Below, in pieces: positions 38,101-46,386 of a DNA stretch of 64,000 nt. The stretch spans positions 32,001 to 96,000 of the IMG/VR virus record IMGVR_UViG_3300043436_001870; one strand, given 5' to 3'. Made by a program: the position numbers and the translations under genes. The DNA comes from a virus. Within the stretch, counting starts at the first letter, position 1. Each line of letters starts with the position of its first letter. The notes under the pieces are model-generated. The model searched no databases. It was given only the letters and a program-made list of their open reading frames with translations, and was not told where the DNA came from.

Positions 38101-40280
38101 TTTACTTTATTCAAAACAGAATCAAGTCTACCTCTCATATCATTATTAAACTCATCAGCTTTACCAGAATTTTGGTCATAACCAAAAGCCTGAAGTAACT
38201 CATCATCACTCATTTGTTGGAATGATTCAATCTGATCAGTAAACATGTCAATGTAACCCTGATTCAGAAGAGTCTTAACATGTTTGAATATTGCATCATT
38301 TACTAAATCTTTTTCTTCTCTAACATCTCCAGCAGCTTCTGCTAAACTCATAAGATTAGCAAAGTCCTTTTGGTTTTGAGTATTTTCATAGATAGCATTA
38401 AAAAACTTTTTAGGATCAGCTTGGATTTCATTAGCTGTTTTTATTACTCTATCCTGAGTAGCTTTTCTTTGTGCAATCTTATCATCATAGGCTTTTTTGT
38501 CTTTGACTTTTTCATATACATCTTTACCAGCCTGTACTCCATATTGAAAAACTAGACTCTGAGGTACTTGAACCATACCTCCCATCAAGAAACCAGATAA
38601 GAATGTTTCAGCACCTTGAGCAGTAAATTGATCACCAATACCGGCTCCAAGCTTATCTAAGAATAATGCTGTACCTGCTCTTTCAGGAGATGCAAATGTC
38701 TCAAGATAATAGTCAGTCATTGTCTTTGCAATAGACTCTTGATATGATTCTTGTAAACCTTCAGCAAGGTTAGCAGACATATATCTTATACCATTCTTAG
38801 CAAAATTCTGTGGTCTAAACTGGTTTATAATTCTTTTACCATTTTTCTTTGTAAACCAGTCTCTAGGATTTGCAGGATCAACAAACCCCTCATATTTTTT
38901 CTTGGTTTTCTTGCCGTAGTTTATAACAAGCTTACCTAATGAGGAATCACCATTTTCTCTAAAAGCCCTGAAACCTTTTAATGCCTTATCAAATACTAGC
39001 TTATTAGATACAAGGATCATTGGAAAGTTAGCCTGAGTAGTTGATACCCCAGCAAGTTTAGCTTGCTGCATAATCTTGTTAGCATCCTCACCTTCAGGTG
39101 CTCTACCATTTTCCTCTAGGTATTTATCATAGAGTTCCATAAAGACATCATTCTGAACCATACCACCTTCAAGCCTTGATTCAGCAAGAGAAGTATTCAT
39201 CATCTGAAGATCTCTAAAAAAAGAACCAAATGTCTTAGAGTGTCTTGCCCAGTCACTCATTGCATCAAAGCCATTAGCTCCTGTTCTGATATTCTTAACT
39301 GTTTCTGCTGTTTGAGTAAATGGATTAACAAAATCTCCAAGACCTTTCCAAAATTTTCTAGCATTATTTACATCTGACAAGCTGTTGGCTGCAGTTGCTG
39401 TAGAAGCAAGATCAGGTGCCTGTTGAGCAACTGTCTTACCTGCCTGAATCACATCCTCTACATTTTCAAGTGTCTTACCAGCTTTCATGAATTTTGCAAG
39501 ATTAGAACCTGTTTTTGCAGCAGCAAGTCCACCTAATGCACCACCTGTTAAAGCCGTAGCTCCCCATAGAGCTACTTCTTCAAGAATTATATTACTCATT
39601 ACACCAAAGGTGTAAGCAGAGTTTCCATATAGATTTACAGCAAATCCACCTACACCACCTCTAGAAGAGTTAGCAATGGACATCATTCTATTCATATCTC
39701 TTGCATACTTTGTGTCACCACTTGCATTGAAAGAGAATAGATCATCCCAGTTATTAAATGTCTGAGATAAACCAAGACCTGCTAATGACATCCATTGTGT
39801 ACTTGCTCTAGACCAATCATCTGTCCAAGTACTATTAGCATTGTAGATAGCTTCATTATCTACATAAGGGTTCCATCCTAGTTTTTTATACTGAGGATGG
39901 TTATAATATCTATCAAAGTTATTTTTATTAGGACCAGCACCAAAACCAATCTGTCTTACTCTATCTGCTGCAGTACCGCTTGTAGGGATCCCACCAGGGC
40001 TCATAACAGTAGAGAGCATGTCTTTTACATAACTCTGGGTACCGTCAATCTGAGGATTAGTTTTCTCTGGAGTAAATGTAGCAAGACCTTTATTATTACC
40101 GGCTGCTATCTCAGCATTTTGTCTTAATGGAGTTGCACGGTTCATGAACACATTAGATGGACCAGTACCAAGTATCTTATTTACACTTTGCTCCATACCA
40201 GGAAGTATCTGATCAAACTGTTTCTTAGTTTGATCAAGTAAAGCCAAGTATTGATCAACAGGATTTATTGCTTCTGCCAT
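35172..40280 (-). CDS. Giant virion ejection protein with hydrophobic Gly/Ala segments and a degenerate zincin-like domain
   Basis: 1702 aa, TAATG-coupled to the vRNAP gene; 'VALWGATALTGGALGGLAAA'; 'EGLQESYQ'; 'YLMIH...AFVAEAF'. Confidence 0.8.
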   Translation of the reverse strand: MAEAINPVDQYLALLDQTKKQFDQILPGMEQSVNKILGTGPSNVFMNRATPLRQNAEIAAGNNKGLATFTPEKTNPQIDGTQSYVKDMLSTVMSPGGIPTSGTAADRVRQIGFGAGPNKNNFDRYYNHPQYKKLGWNPYVDNEAIYNANSTWTDDWSRASTQWMSLAGLGLSQTFNNWDDLFSFNASGDTKYARDMNRMMSIANSSRGGVGGFAVNLYGNSAYTFGVMSNIILEEVALWGATALTGGALGGLAAAKTGSNLAKFMKAGKTLENVEDVIQAGKTVAQQAPDLASTATAANSLSDVNNARKFWKGLGDFVNPFTQTAETVKNIRTGANGFDAMSDWARHSKTFGSFFRDLQMMNTSLAESRLEGGMVQNDVFMELYDKYLEENGRAPEGEDANKIMQQAKLAGVSTTQANFPMILVSNKLVFDKALKGFRAFRENGDSSLGKLVINYGKKTKKKYEGFVDPANPRDWFTKKNGKRIINQFRPQNFAKNGIRYMSANLAEGLQESYQESIAKTMTDYYLETFASPERAGTALFLDKLGAGIGDQFTAQGAETFLSGFLMGGMVQVPQSLVFQYGVQAGKDVYEKVKDKKAYDDKIAQRKATQDRVIKTANEIQADPKKFFNAIYENTQNQKDFANLMSLAEAAGDVREEKDLVNDAIFKHVKTLLNQGYIDMFTDQIESFQQMSDDELLQAFGYDQNSGKADEFNNDMRGRLDSVLNKVNQIKANHEKYSTIRNPFNPKSGNPDEYEDWYGFEEARTLAIYNDYTYQQAAKRLSSIFNDAAGTKLGAAQSMQLTSLFLSDSKSAFGEDMIDTQINLLEREATGYLQGDEAQKKLGEERKKQAALLRNFKEDFANYRKEYSQAKKSVANAALRDEVKEDTKTQFTVQQGSTVEYTFKNGAKVTGTVTKKTSNKVTIEYTDASGKKVSKSVSIKAKKLKVTGGPQGQLPLDFEGNEIEAGLEQRRQELETRVRDYLSAISGIDAKSPELDKLVLQVIDYAELSENLSDAMNAVTFLNDPYNYSMAAKQFTQAAKDAREIAKTKMQKSLDEFKTRIGVNELIQKLFLKFNVFFSPDEIEALMKGDRVPSAFYKQNPKTNEFEEVEPTSNLYKEILNFLSEFESEQGFTLKGKVIAEAMAKGGYLIDDMIEADKAPSLNDILTGLGLQPGQDTYTISIVDVLKYILKKRIGSVPSRKMIQNLMTAVDPEKKMVISLTSPSGFSYTKETGITIDPRFATKDYSAQVDGKFYTSTLTYLMIHPLTQMIVSDNQSDPGFKAAIQNVMDAFKKYYEDNPDMRQKYGNYVTRMLTSQEAFVAEAFASQAGQEVLAIIPYKNTNRNLWQEFVKALVSFFKKQFGQAISIDETALTEVLGIVSNKLAGKGVTAPAGTTTAAGTAPASGIGIVSKPAVTRGTSLDSLKKDYPDLMATLLGQYSIATNKPGVANKEFATWFATSTDPIIDNIVDEYNTSNNFTEPGPAAPAPVPAGQPTPGPISIPTAEELAAEEEATPTDIKTIREQIAEATQEQLDDIVAKVNNQVLQAENLDYETYEKLLANRRNQLEPSGITFDSVNVMTILVMKDKSIYSADGNAIIVAKNDNNKTVVVRNLNLAGEDVILTEQQLREQVEYIKIKDVKTGEIDKVESPVEFTTEEKDLANQSAETATDSEEASKLSSQAFDDVENISEDEVNDEFDNSLDCK

Positions 40281-40284
40281 ACTA

Positions 40285-43200
40285 TTACTGAGTTAACTGA
40301 GCTGGATCGTATATCTTGTTTTGACTAGATTCTTTTAGAGAAGCCATGTATTCCATATTACCTCTATTAAAATCTGCAAACATGTTATTAAAGAAATTTA
40401 CTGAAGAGTTAAGATCTGTTGTTGTTGTTCCATATATAGGATTATTAAGAACTTTACCTGCAGCATCTACTGATCTAGCTTGACCAGTATAAGTGTATCC
40501 CCCAAGAGCATTAGGAACAAGTTCTACATGACCTCCAAGATCACTAAATGAGTCAAGAACAATCTTACCCTTCATATTCATAGTCCATTCATTCTTAGTC
40601 ATTTGCATTCCTAAAAATGGAGACGATGATGCTTTATCAGCATCCATCATAAATGTAATTGTAGGACGTTGTCCTTCATTCATCTTCTGTTGAAGATCCC
40701 AAGCAATACCTTTTTCCTTTTCATTACCTGCATGTTTATTTACCCATCCTGGATCAAGTTCCCAAGTCATTGCCACCTTAGTTGCATCATTTCCAGCAAC
40801 AGCATGAAGAAAGTAATTACCAGTGGGTCTCATTTGATTCTCACCAGTTTTACCTCCTGTATTCATCATTGCTGAACCTAAGAATGCTTTTAGGGTATTC
40901 AAAGCTGAAGTTTGTGAAGCATCATTTACTATGTCTTCATTTTCCAAATCATCTGCTGTAAGGTCAAACCCTGATATTCCAGATACTACCTTAATACCAT
41001 AGTCATCCATAAAACTTTGAGAAGCTGTCTTAGGTATAAGATCTTTTACATAAAAGTCTTTGGCCATGTCAAATGACAAACTATTAAATACAGCAGAGTC
41101 AAATGTATATCCAGCAGCAGTACCATAATATCTATTTATACCACCATCACCTGGTAGTTTGGAATCAATTGTTTCAAGTCCTAATTCAGAATTAGGATCT
41201 TTCTTAAGAGTTTCATACGCATCTACAAGTTCCTCATAAGCATCTTGAGCATATTCAATAAGTAAATCTTGTGTAGCATCAACCATTACCATACCAGAAG
41301 GATCTAGTGTTTGTTTACCTTTATTGGCTGCTAGATATGCTTGAATATATTCATTCTCAGATCTTATACCTGATTTGTTTTGTTTAAAAAATATAGAAGC
41401 ATCTAGACTATTAACACCAGCCTCTAATGCTAATTTTGAAGCAACCTTAGTATTATTTCTAATCATGATATCATTGATACCAGCCTTTAGATCTTCATTC
41501 TCTTGAACAATTGCATTAGCCTTTAAAACTTTTTGTTGAACAGCTATTGCAGCAGGATCTTTAGTTATTTTAACTTGCTCATTCATATAGTTAGTTATCT
41601 TCTTCTGAACAGTAGCATAATAAGAACCAGTTCCTTCAATAGTAAATTCTGGTGTTTGTTTATCTACATTAACTAAAGAGTAAGTGCCATTTGAATTTCT
41701 CACAGCAAGACCTGATGTTTTCTTAATTTGTTCAGGAATCTTTTCTGTAGTTGTACCTGCAAAACCAGAGCTAATATCTTTAGAGCCTTGGTAAATTCCT
41801 GTAAGTCCTGCAGAAATACCTGCAGCAGCAAAAGGTGTTGCTGTACCTAATGAAAAAACTTCACCAATACCAGAAATAGCAGTTAATACACCACCACCAA
41901 CAAGTTCTGCTACACCAATTAATCCTGTTGTCCAATCTGTTGGGGTATCTACTTCTTTAACCATTTCAGGAGTTTTTTCCTGAACTTGATATTCACCAAG
42001 TACATCTTTTACAGCTTTGGTAGCAAGAGCTTTCTGTTCTGGTGTACCATTAGTAATATAATAATTCTGCATGGAAAGAAACTCATTTATGCTTTGTTTA
42101 GTAGCAACTTCTGATTCTTTACCTAAGCTTTGACTTACATTTCTATTTCTTTCAAAAGTATCTATGTCTTCATTTGTTATATTTCCTGGACCAGGAACAG
42201 TAACTTCATAACCACTATTAAAGCCTTCACCAAAAGATGTACCTGCTGCAGCAGAACCATTTTCTTCTATCATTTTACCTACAACATCCATTATTTTCAG
42301 TGCCTTATCTTTCTGAAATTTTGCTTCAAGTTCAGCCATAGCATATGCATGCTTTACTTTAAGAACTGTATATGGATCTTCCTTAATGTCAATATCAGCA
42401 TGTGACATTGCATAATTAGTAGCAGTACTGTTTGCAAGATCATCAAGTAAGAAATAAGACATGGCACCATCTACTCTCTGTCTCATACCTTCAAGATCAG
42501 CTGGATCATAACTCATAAAATCAGTCTGAGTTAGTGCTTCCTTGTTCTTTTCTAGAACAGTTGATTGAACTGATTCATCTTGTAGGGTGTTCTGATAGAT
42601 TGCAATCAGATCCTGATCTAAGTCTGGATCAACACCTTTTTCTCTGATGGTTGCTTCAATTACTTTCTTCTTAGACTTAGCATATTCCATTCTCTCAGTA
42701 TCATCCATGTTAGCTACACGGTAATACTCATTAATCTCTTTTACTTTAGACTGTAGGTATTCTGTCTCAGCTCCTACAGCATCACCATTAAATTTCTCAA
42801 GGTTACCTTGAATATAGTTCTTACGGTCAAGATATGCCTGAGTTCTAAACATGTCCTTAATTCTCGGATCTCCTGCAAGAAGAGAACTGAACACATTCTT
42901 AATAGTAGGAATAGCAGGCTGACCATTAGTGTATTTAAAAATAAATCCACCTCTAATATCAGGAGTTACAATGTTGATATCATTATCCTTTGCAAACTTG
43001 AATAGATTCTCAGCGGCATTAATAAATGGAACGTATCTTGGATTCTGAAATCTAAGTGAGTCATCATCAGAACTATTAGCAAAATCTTCTGCCTGATAGT
43101 TTAATGCAGACATTCCCTCTTCCCAGTATTTCTCATCACTCTTGGGATTTGGGTTATTACGAAGATTCATTGCCTTTGCTTGCTGTCCTTCAAACTGTTT

Positions 43201-43536
43201 AGTAAAGACAAGGTCTTTTCTAAAATACTGATTATCAATCAGTGGCTGAAATAACTTACCAGCTTGTTCTACATTCTCAGCAAGAGAAAGATCAACACCA
43301 GATAACCGGTCTATCTCTGAATCAACCTGAGTAAAGAATGCATCTCTGCGTTCTTTGTTACTCTCTCTCAGTAAGTTAGAGTTTAAGAGTTGACCATAAA
43401 CTGAATTGATTTTGTTATATCCTGCATCATATTGAGCCTGCTTAGCAGTTAAAGCAGACTGAAAGAAATTAAAGTCCGGCTTGAAAGGCTGGATCTGTGG
43501 GATATAATCTTGTATGCCGTTGATGTAAATTGCCAT
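40285..43536 (-). CDS. Virion cargo/ejection protein with a hydrophobic hairpin
   Basis: 1083 aa; N-terminal 'YIPQIQPFKPDFNF...KQAQYD'; Gly-rich TM-like hairpin at ~41790-41930. Confidence 0.75.
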   Translation of the reverse strand: MAIYINGIQDYIPQIQPFKPDFNFFQSALTAKQAQYDAGYNKINSVYGQLLNSNLLRESNKERRDAFFTQVDSEIDRLSGVDLSLAENVEQAGKLFQPLIDNQYFRKDLVFTKQFEGQQAKAMNLRNNPNPKSDEKYWEEGMSALNYQAEDFANSSDDDSLRFQNPRYVPFINAAENLFKFAKDNDINIVTPDIRGGFIFKYTNGQPAIPTIKNVFSSLLAGDPRIKDMFRTQAYLDRKNYIQGNLEKFNGDAVGAETEYLQSKVKEINEYYRVANMDDTERMEYAKSKKKVIEATIREKGVDPDLDQDLIAIYQNTLQDESVQSTVLEKNKEALTQTDFMSYDPADLEGMRQRVDGAMSYFLLDDLANSTATNYAMSHADIDIKEDPYTVLKVKHAYAMAELEAKFQKDKALKIMDVVGKMIEENGSAAAGTSFGEGFNSGYEVTVPGPGNITNEDIDTFERNRNVSQSLGKESEVATKQSINEFLSMQNYYITNGTPEQKALATKAVKDVLGEYQVQEKTPEMVKEVDTPTDWTTGLIGVAELVGGGVLTAISGIGEVFSLGTATPFAAAGISAGLTGIYQGSKDISSGFAGTTTEKIPEQIKKTSGLAVRNSNGTYSLVNVDKQTPEFTIEGTGSYYATVQKKITNYMNEQVKITKDPAAIAVQQKVLKANAIVQENEDLKAGINDIMIRNNTKVASKLALEAGVNSLDASIFFKQNKSGIRSENEYIQAYLAANKGKQTLDPSGMVMVDATQDLLIEYAQDAYEELVDAYETLKKDPNSELGLETIDSKLPGDGGINRYYGTAAGYTFDSAVFNSLSFDMAKDFYVKDLIPKTASQSFMDDYGIKVVSGISGFDLTADDLENEDIVNDASQTSALNTLKAFLGSAMMNTGGKTGENQMRPTGNYFLHAVAGNDATKVAMTWELDPGWVNKHAGNEKEKGIAWDLQQKMNEGQRPTITFMMDADKASSSPFLGMQMTKNEWTMNMKGKIVLDSFSDLGGHVELVPNALGGYTYTGQARSVDAAGKVLNNPIYGTTTTDLNSSVNFFNNMFADFNRGNMEYMASLKESSQNKIYDPAQLTQ

Positions 43537-43566
43537 GTGTTATAGTAAAAATACAAAAAAAATCTG

Positions 43567-43594
43567 TAAAGTTTAATAAACTTTTAAAGTTTAC
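43567..43594. promoter_or_regulatory. Triple alternating inverted repeat (AAAGTTTA/TAAACTTT), operator-like
   Basis: TAAAGTTTA-A-TAAACTTT-T-AAAGTTTA in the only sizeable intergenic gap among the cargo genes. Confidence 0.55.
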
Positions 43595-46374
43595 ATATAG
43601 CCTACCTTGTAAACATAAGGTACAACTGGTCCACCTTTTCTTGATTGTGGTTGACCCATTGCATAGTTTCCATAAGGCATTGATGCTGGAGCAATTGAAC
43701 TATATGCTTGGAAGTATGCATCTTGCTCACTAGGAGCTCTAGTAGCCCCAGCACTTGCAGGTTTACCATAGAAAATATCCGTAGCTTGTTCATGTGTAAG
43801 CTCTGGATGTTTGTCCTTCCAAGACATGTACTGATCAGCAACTGATGATGGAGCTGACTCCCGACCTGTAAATTTCCGACCCTTATTAAAGTACATCATA
43901 CCTCCAGTGGCAGGATCAATTTGATAATTAGGATACAACTGATTCAACACCTGAGCTTGTGCTCTATTAGTAACAGCATCAATATAAGATTGTCTTAAGT
44001 TACCTTTAGCAGCTCTACGAGCATTATCATAGTTCTGGTTAGTAAGATTAACCTGATCCACATATGTCTGAGCAGCCTGTAAGTTCTGAAGCTGAGCTTG
44101 GTTCATGATATCTGCTTTCTTGTAAGCAAACTCATTAGCTACCCCTACGTTCTGAGTATTATATCTACCCATAACATTTGCAATCTGTTCTGCAGCCGTT
44201 CCCTGTATCCCTGCAAGACGTGCACTGGTCATAGAAGTAGATGCTCCAGATCCTCTCATAACATCACCGGCAATACCAGCAGTTTCTTGGATAGCAGCAA
44301 TCTCTCTAGAAGGATCATAGTAAGTCGGCTCAGGTACATAAGGATTGTACTGATACTTAGCTGGCATGTATTTTCTAATACTAGCTAGGTCAGAAACAGC
44401 ACCCATAGTTCTTACCACATCCTGAAGCCACCATGGAGTATAAGTATCACCTGATATGTAATTAGGATCTTCCTGATCTAATATCTCGGTTTCTTCAACT
44501 TCCTCTTTAATTTCCTCAGTAGGTCTTTCATATGTAAATGCATCAGCATGCTCAAGACCTAATTTTGCATCATCACCTTGTCCTGGTCTGTACTCGTCAG
44601 GAAGAAAGTAATGTTCTATAGCACTTGTCAATCCAGCCTCTGTTGCAATTACTTCACCAGTCTCTTTATCCTTAAAAACTCTGTTAGGATTAAGCTTAGC
44701 TTTTTTCTTACCACCAATAAATTCTGGTGTATATAATTTCTCAGGCTTATCAATGTTGCTTTTAATGTACTGATCTTCTAGGTCATAACCTAATGCGGTA
44801 AACATTGTCTTCCTGTTAGCTAACTTTTCATTAGCAGGAAGTTTATCCCAATCTGCAGCAGTACCTTCCATGTTATTAGCTTTCCAGAAACGGTACTCAT
44901 AGAAGTCCGGATCTGTATAGCCATAGAAACCTGTGCCTCCAGATTCTTGTAGGGATACGTTGAATTCTGGTGTGCCAGCTCCAATCTGATTAGAGTCCTT
45001 ACCATATGAGAAGAAGTCAGTTAAGAATTCTTTCTCATCTATGTTCATAGCCTTCTTAGCTGATGATTTAATTTCCCAGCCTGGATTTCTCTGAACATTA
45101 CCTACCATGTAGGGATCAGTGTGGTATATAGCATGACCGTCCTTGGCCAATCTGTTAAGAATCTCAGCAGCCTTTTGTTTGTCTGTATCAAAGTTACCAG
45201 TATAATACTGAGAACCTGACTTAGTCATGTTTACAGGTTTAGTAGGATCATAAGGTAATACCTTATAGTATTTACCACCTTCCTCATATATATCACCGGC
45301 TTTAGTAGCCTTTGCTTTATCTTTAATTTTAGATCGATCTACTGAAGTTACAGTTTTAGTCTTTACTCTGTATCTTTTACCATTTCTTTCAATGATTCTC
45401 TCACCATCTGATTTAGTTGGAGTATTATTCTTACCATAGTACGCATCATCAAACTGAGTAATTCTTACACCATAACCGTCTACATAGTACGGATTGCCTT
45501 TTTCATCTGTTTTATAAAACACACCAGAAGAATAATCAGGCTTAACTTCAGGTTCCTTCTCAGTTTGAACAAGACCAGTAAGAACTTGAGCATAGAAGTT
45601 ATTCATATACTCTCTTCTCATTTCTCTCTGAGTTCTACGTGTCTCACGTTTTCTCTGTCTCTCAGTTGGTAAGAATGATAACTGTCTTTGTTGTTCTTCA
45701 GTCATCTGACCACCAGGCTGGAAAGATCTTAGTGGCATACCACCATATCTTGCCATAGGCATCTCCTGCATTTCCATACCTTGACCAGGTTGACCTGGTT
45801 CAGTAGGTAGCAACATATTAGGATCAATGTTGTACTTTGCAAGGAAAGGCATTGCTACTAATGGAATACCTCCAGGAAATCCTTTCATGGACTCCTGAAT
45901 CAAAGCAAGCTTACCAAGTTTTACCTGATAGTTTGCAATAACAGCCTCTGCAGTTTGAACCTGCAGTTTATCAGAATCAGGATCCTGAAGAATCTTACGG
46001 TACTTATTAATATCATACCTCTTAGATATTTCTGCAGGAGTATATCCTCTCTTTGACTTAGGCATACCAAACTCAGCAATAAGATCAGCATCCTTAATTC
46101 TCATTGATGCTGTATCACTGAATACAAATGAATCAGGAGGAATAACCATTGGTACTCCACCCTGATGGTGTCTTGGGCCATGAATCTTATAGTGAGCTGG
46201 TAAACCTTCCTTGTCTGGAAGAAACACAGTTTCACCTCCTTCTGTTTCTACATTGGCCAGATCTCTGTCAACTGGACCCAAAGATGTTCTAACCTCCATC
46301 GGCTTTTGTGCCAATGAGTTTGGAATATAACTGGGGGCCATCTGATATGCCCTTACAAGTTTGTTATTATACAT
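43591..46374 (-). CDS. crAss-like virion cargo protein
   Basis: 927 aa; N-terminal 'NVETEGGETV...GPRHHQGGVP...FVFSD' motif typical of crAss-like cargo proteins; Gln/Asn-rich coiled C-terminus. Confidence 0.75.
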   Translation of the reverse strand: MYNNKLVRAYQMAPSYIPNSLAQKPMEVRTSLGPVDRDLANVETEGGETVFLPDKEGLPAHYKIHGPRHHQGGVPMVIPPDSFVFSDTASMRIKDADLIAEFGMPKSKRGYTPAEISKRYDINKYRKILQDPDSDKLQVQTAEAVIANYQVKLGKLALIQESMKGFPGGIPLVAMPFLAKYNIDPNMLLPTEPGQPGQGMEMQEMPMARYGGMPLRSFQPGGQMTEEQQRQLSFLPTERQRKRETRRTQREMRREYMNNFYAQVLTGLVQTEKEPEVKPDYSSGVFYKTDEKGNPYYVDGYGVRITQFDDAYYGKNNTPTKSDGERIIERNGKRYRVKTKTVTSVDRSKIKDKAKATKAGDIYEEGGKYYKVLPYDPTKPVNMTKSGSQYYTGNFDTDKQKAAEILNRLAKDGHAIYHTDPYMVGNVQRNPGWEIKSSAKKAMNIDEKEFLTDFFSYGKDSNQIGAGTPEFNVSLQESGGTGFYGYTDPDFYEYRFWKANNMEGTAADWDKLPANEKLANRKTMFTALGYDLEDQYIKSNIDKPEKLYTPEFIGGKKKAKLNPNRVFKDKETGEVIATEAGLTSAIEHYFLPDEYRPGQGDDAKLGLEHADAFTYERPTEEIKEEVEETEILDQEDPNYISGDTYTPWWLQDVVRTMGAVSDLASIRKYMPAKYQYNPYVPEPTYYDPSREIAAIQETAGIAGDVMRGSGASTSMTSARLAGIQGTAAEQIANVMGRYNTQNVGVANEFAYKKADIMNQAQLQNLQAAQTYVDQVNLTNQNYDNARRAAKGNLRQSYIDAVTNRAQAQVLNQLYPNYQIDPATGGMMYFNKGRKFTGRESAPSSVADQYMSWKDKHPELTHEQATDIFYGKPASAGATRAPSEQDAYFQAYSSIAPASMPYGNYAMGQPQSRKGGPVVPYVYKVGYM

Positions 46375-46386
46375 AGTGTAAAGGTA

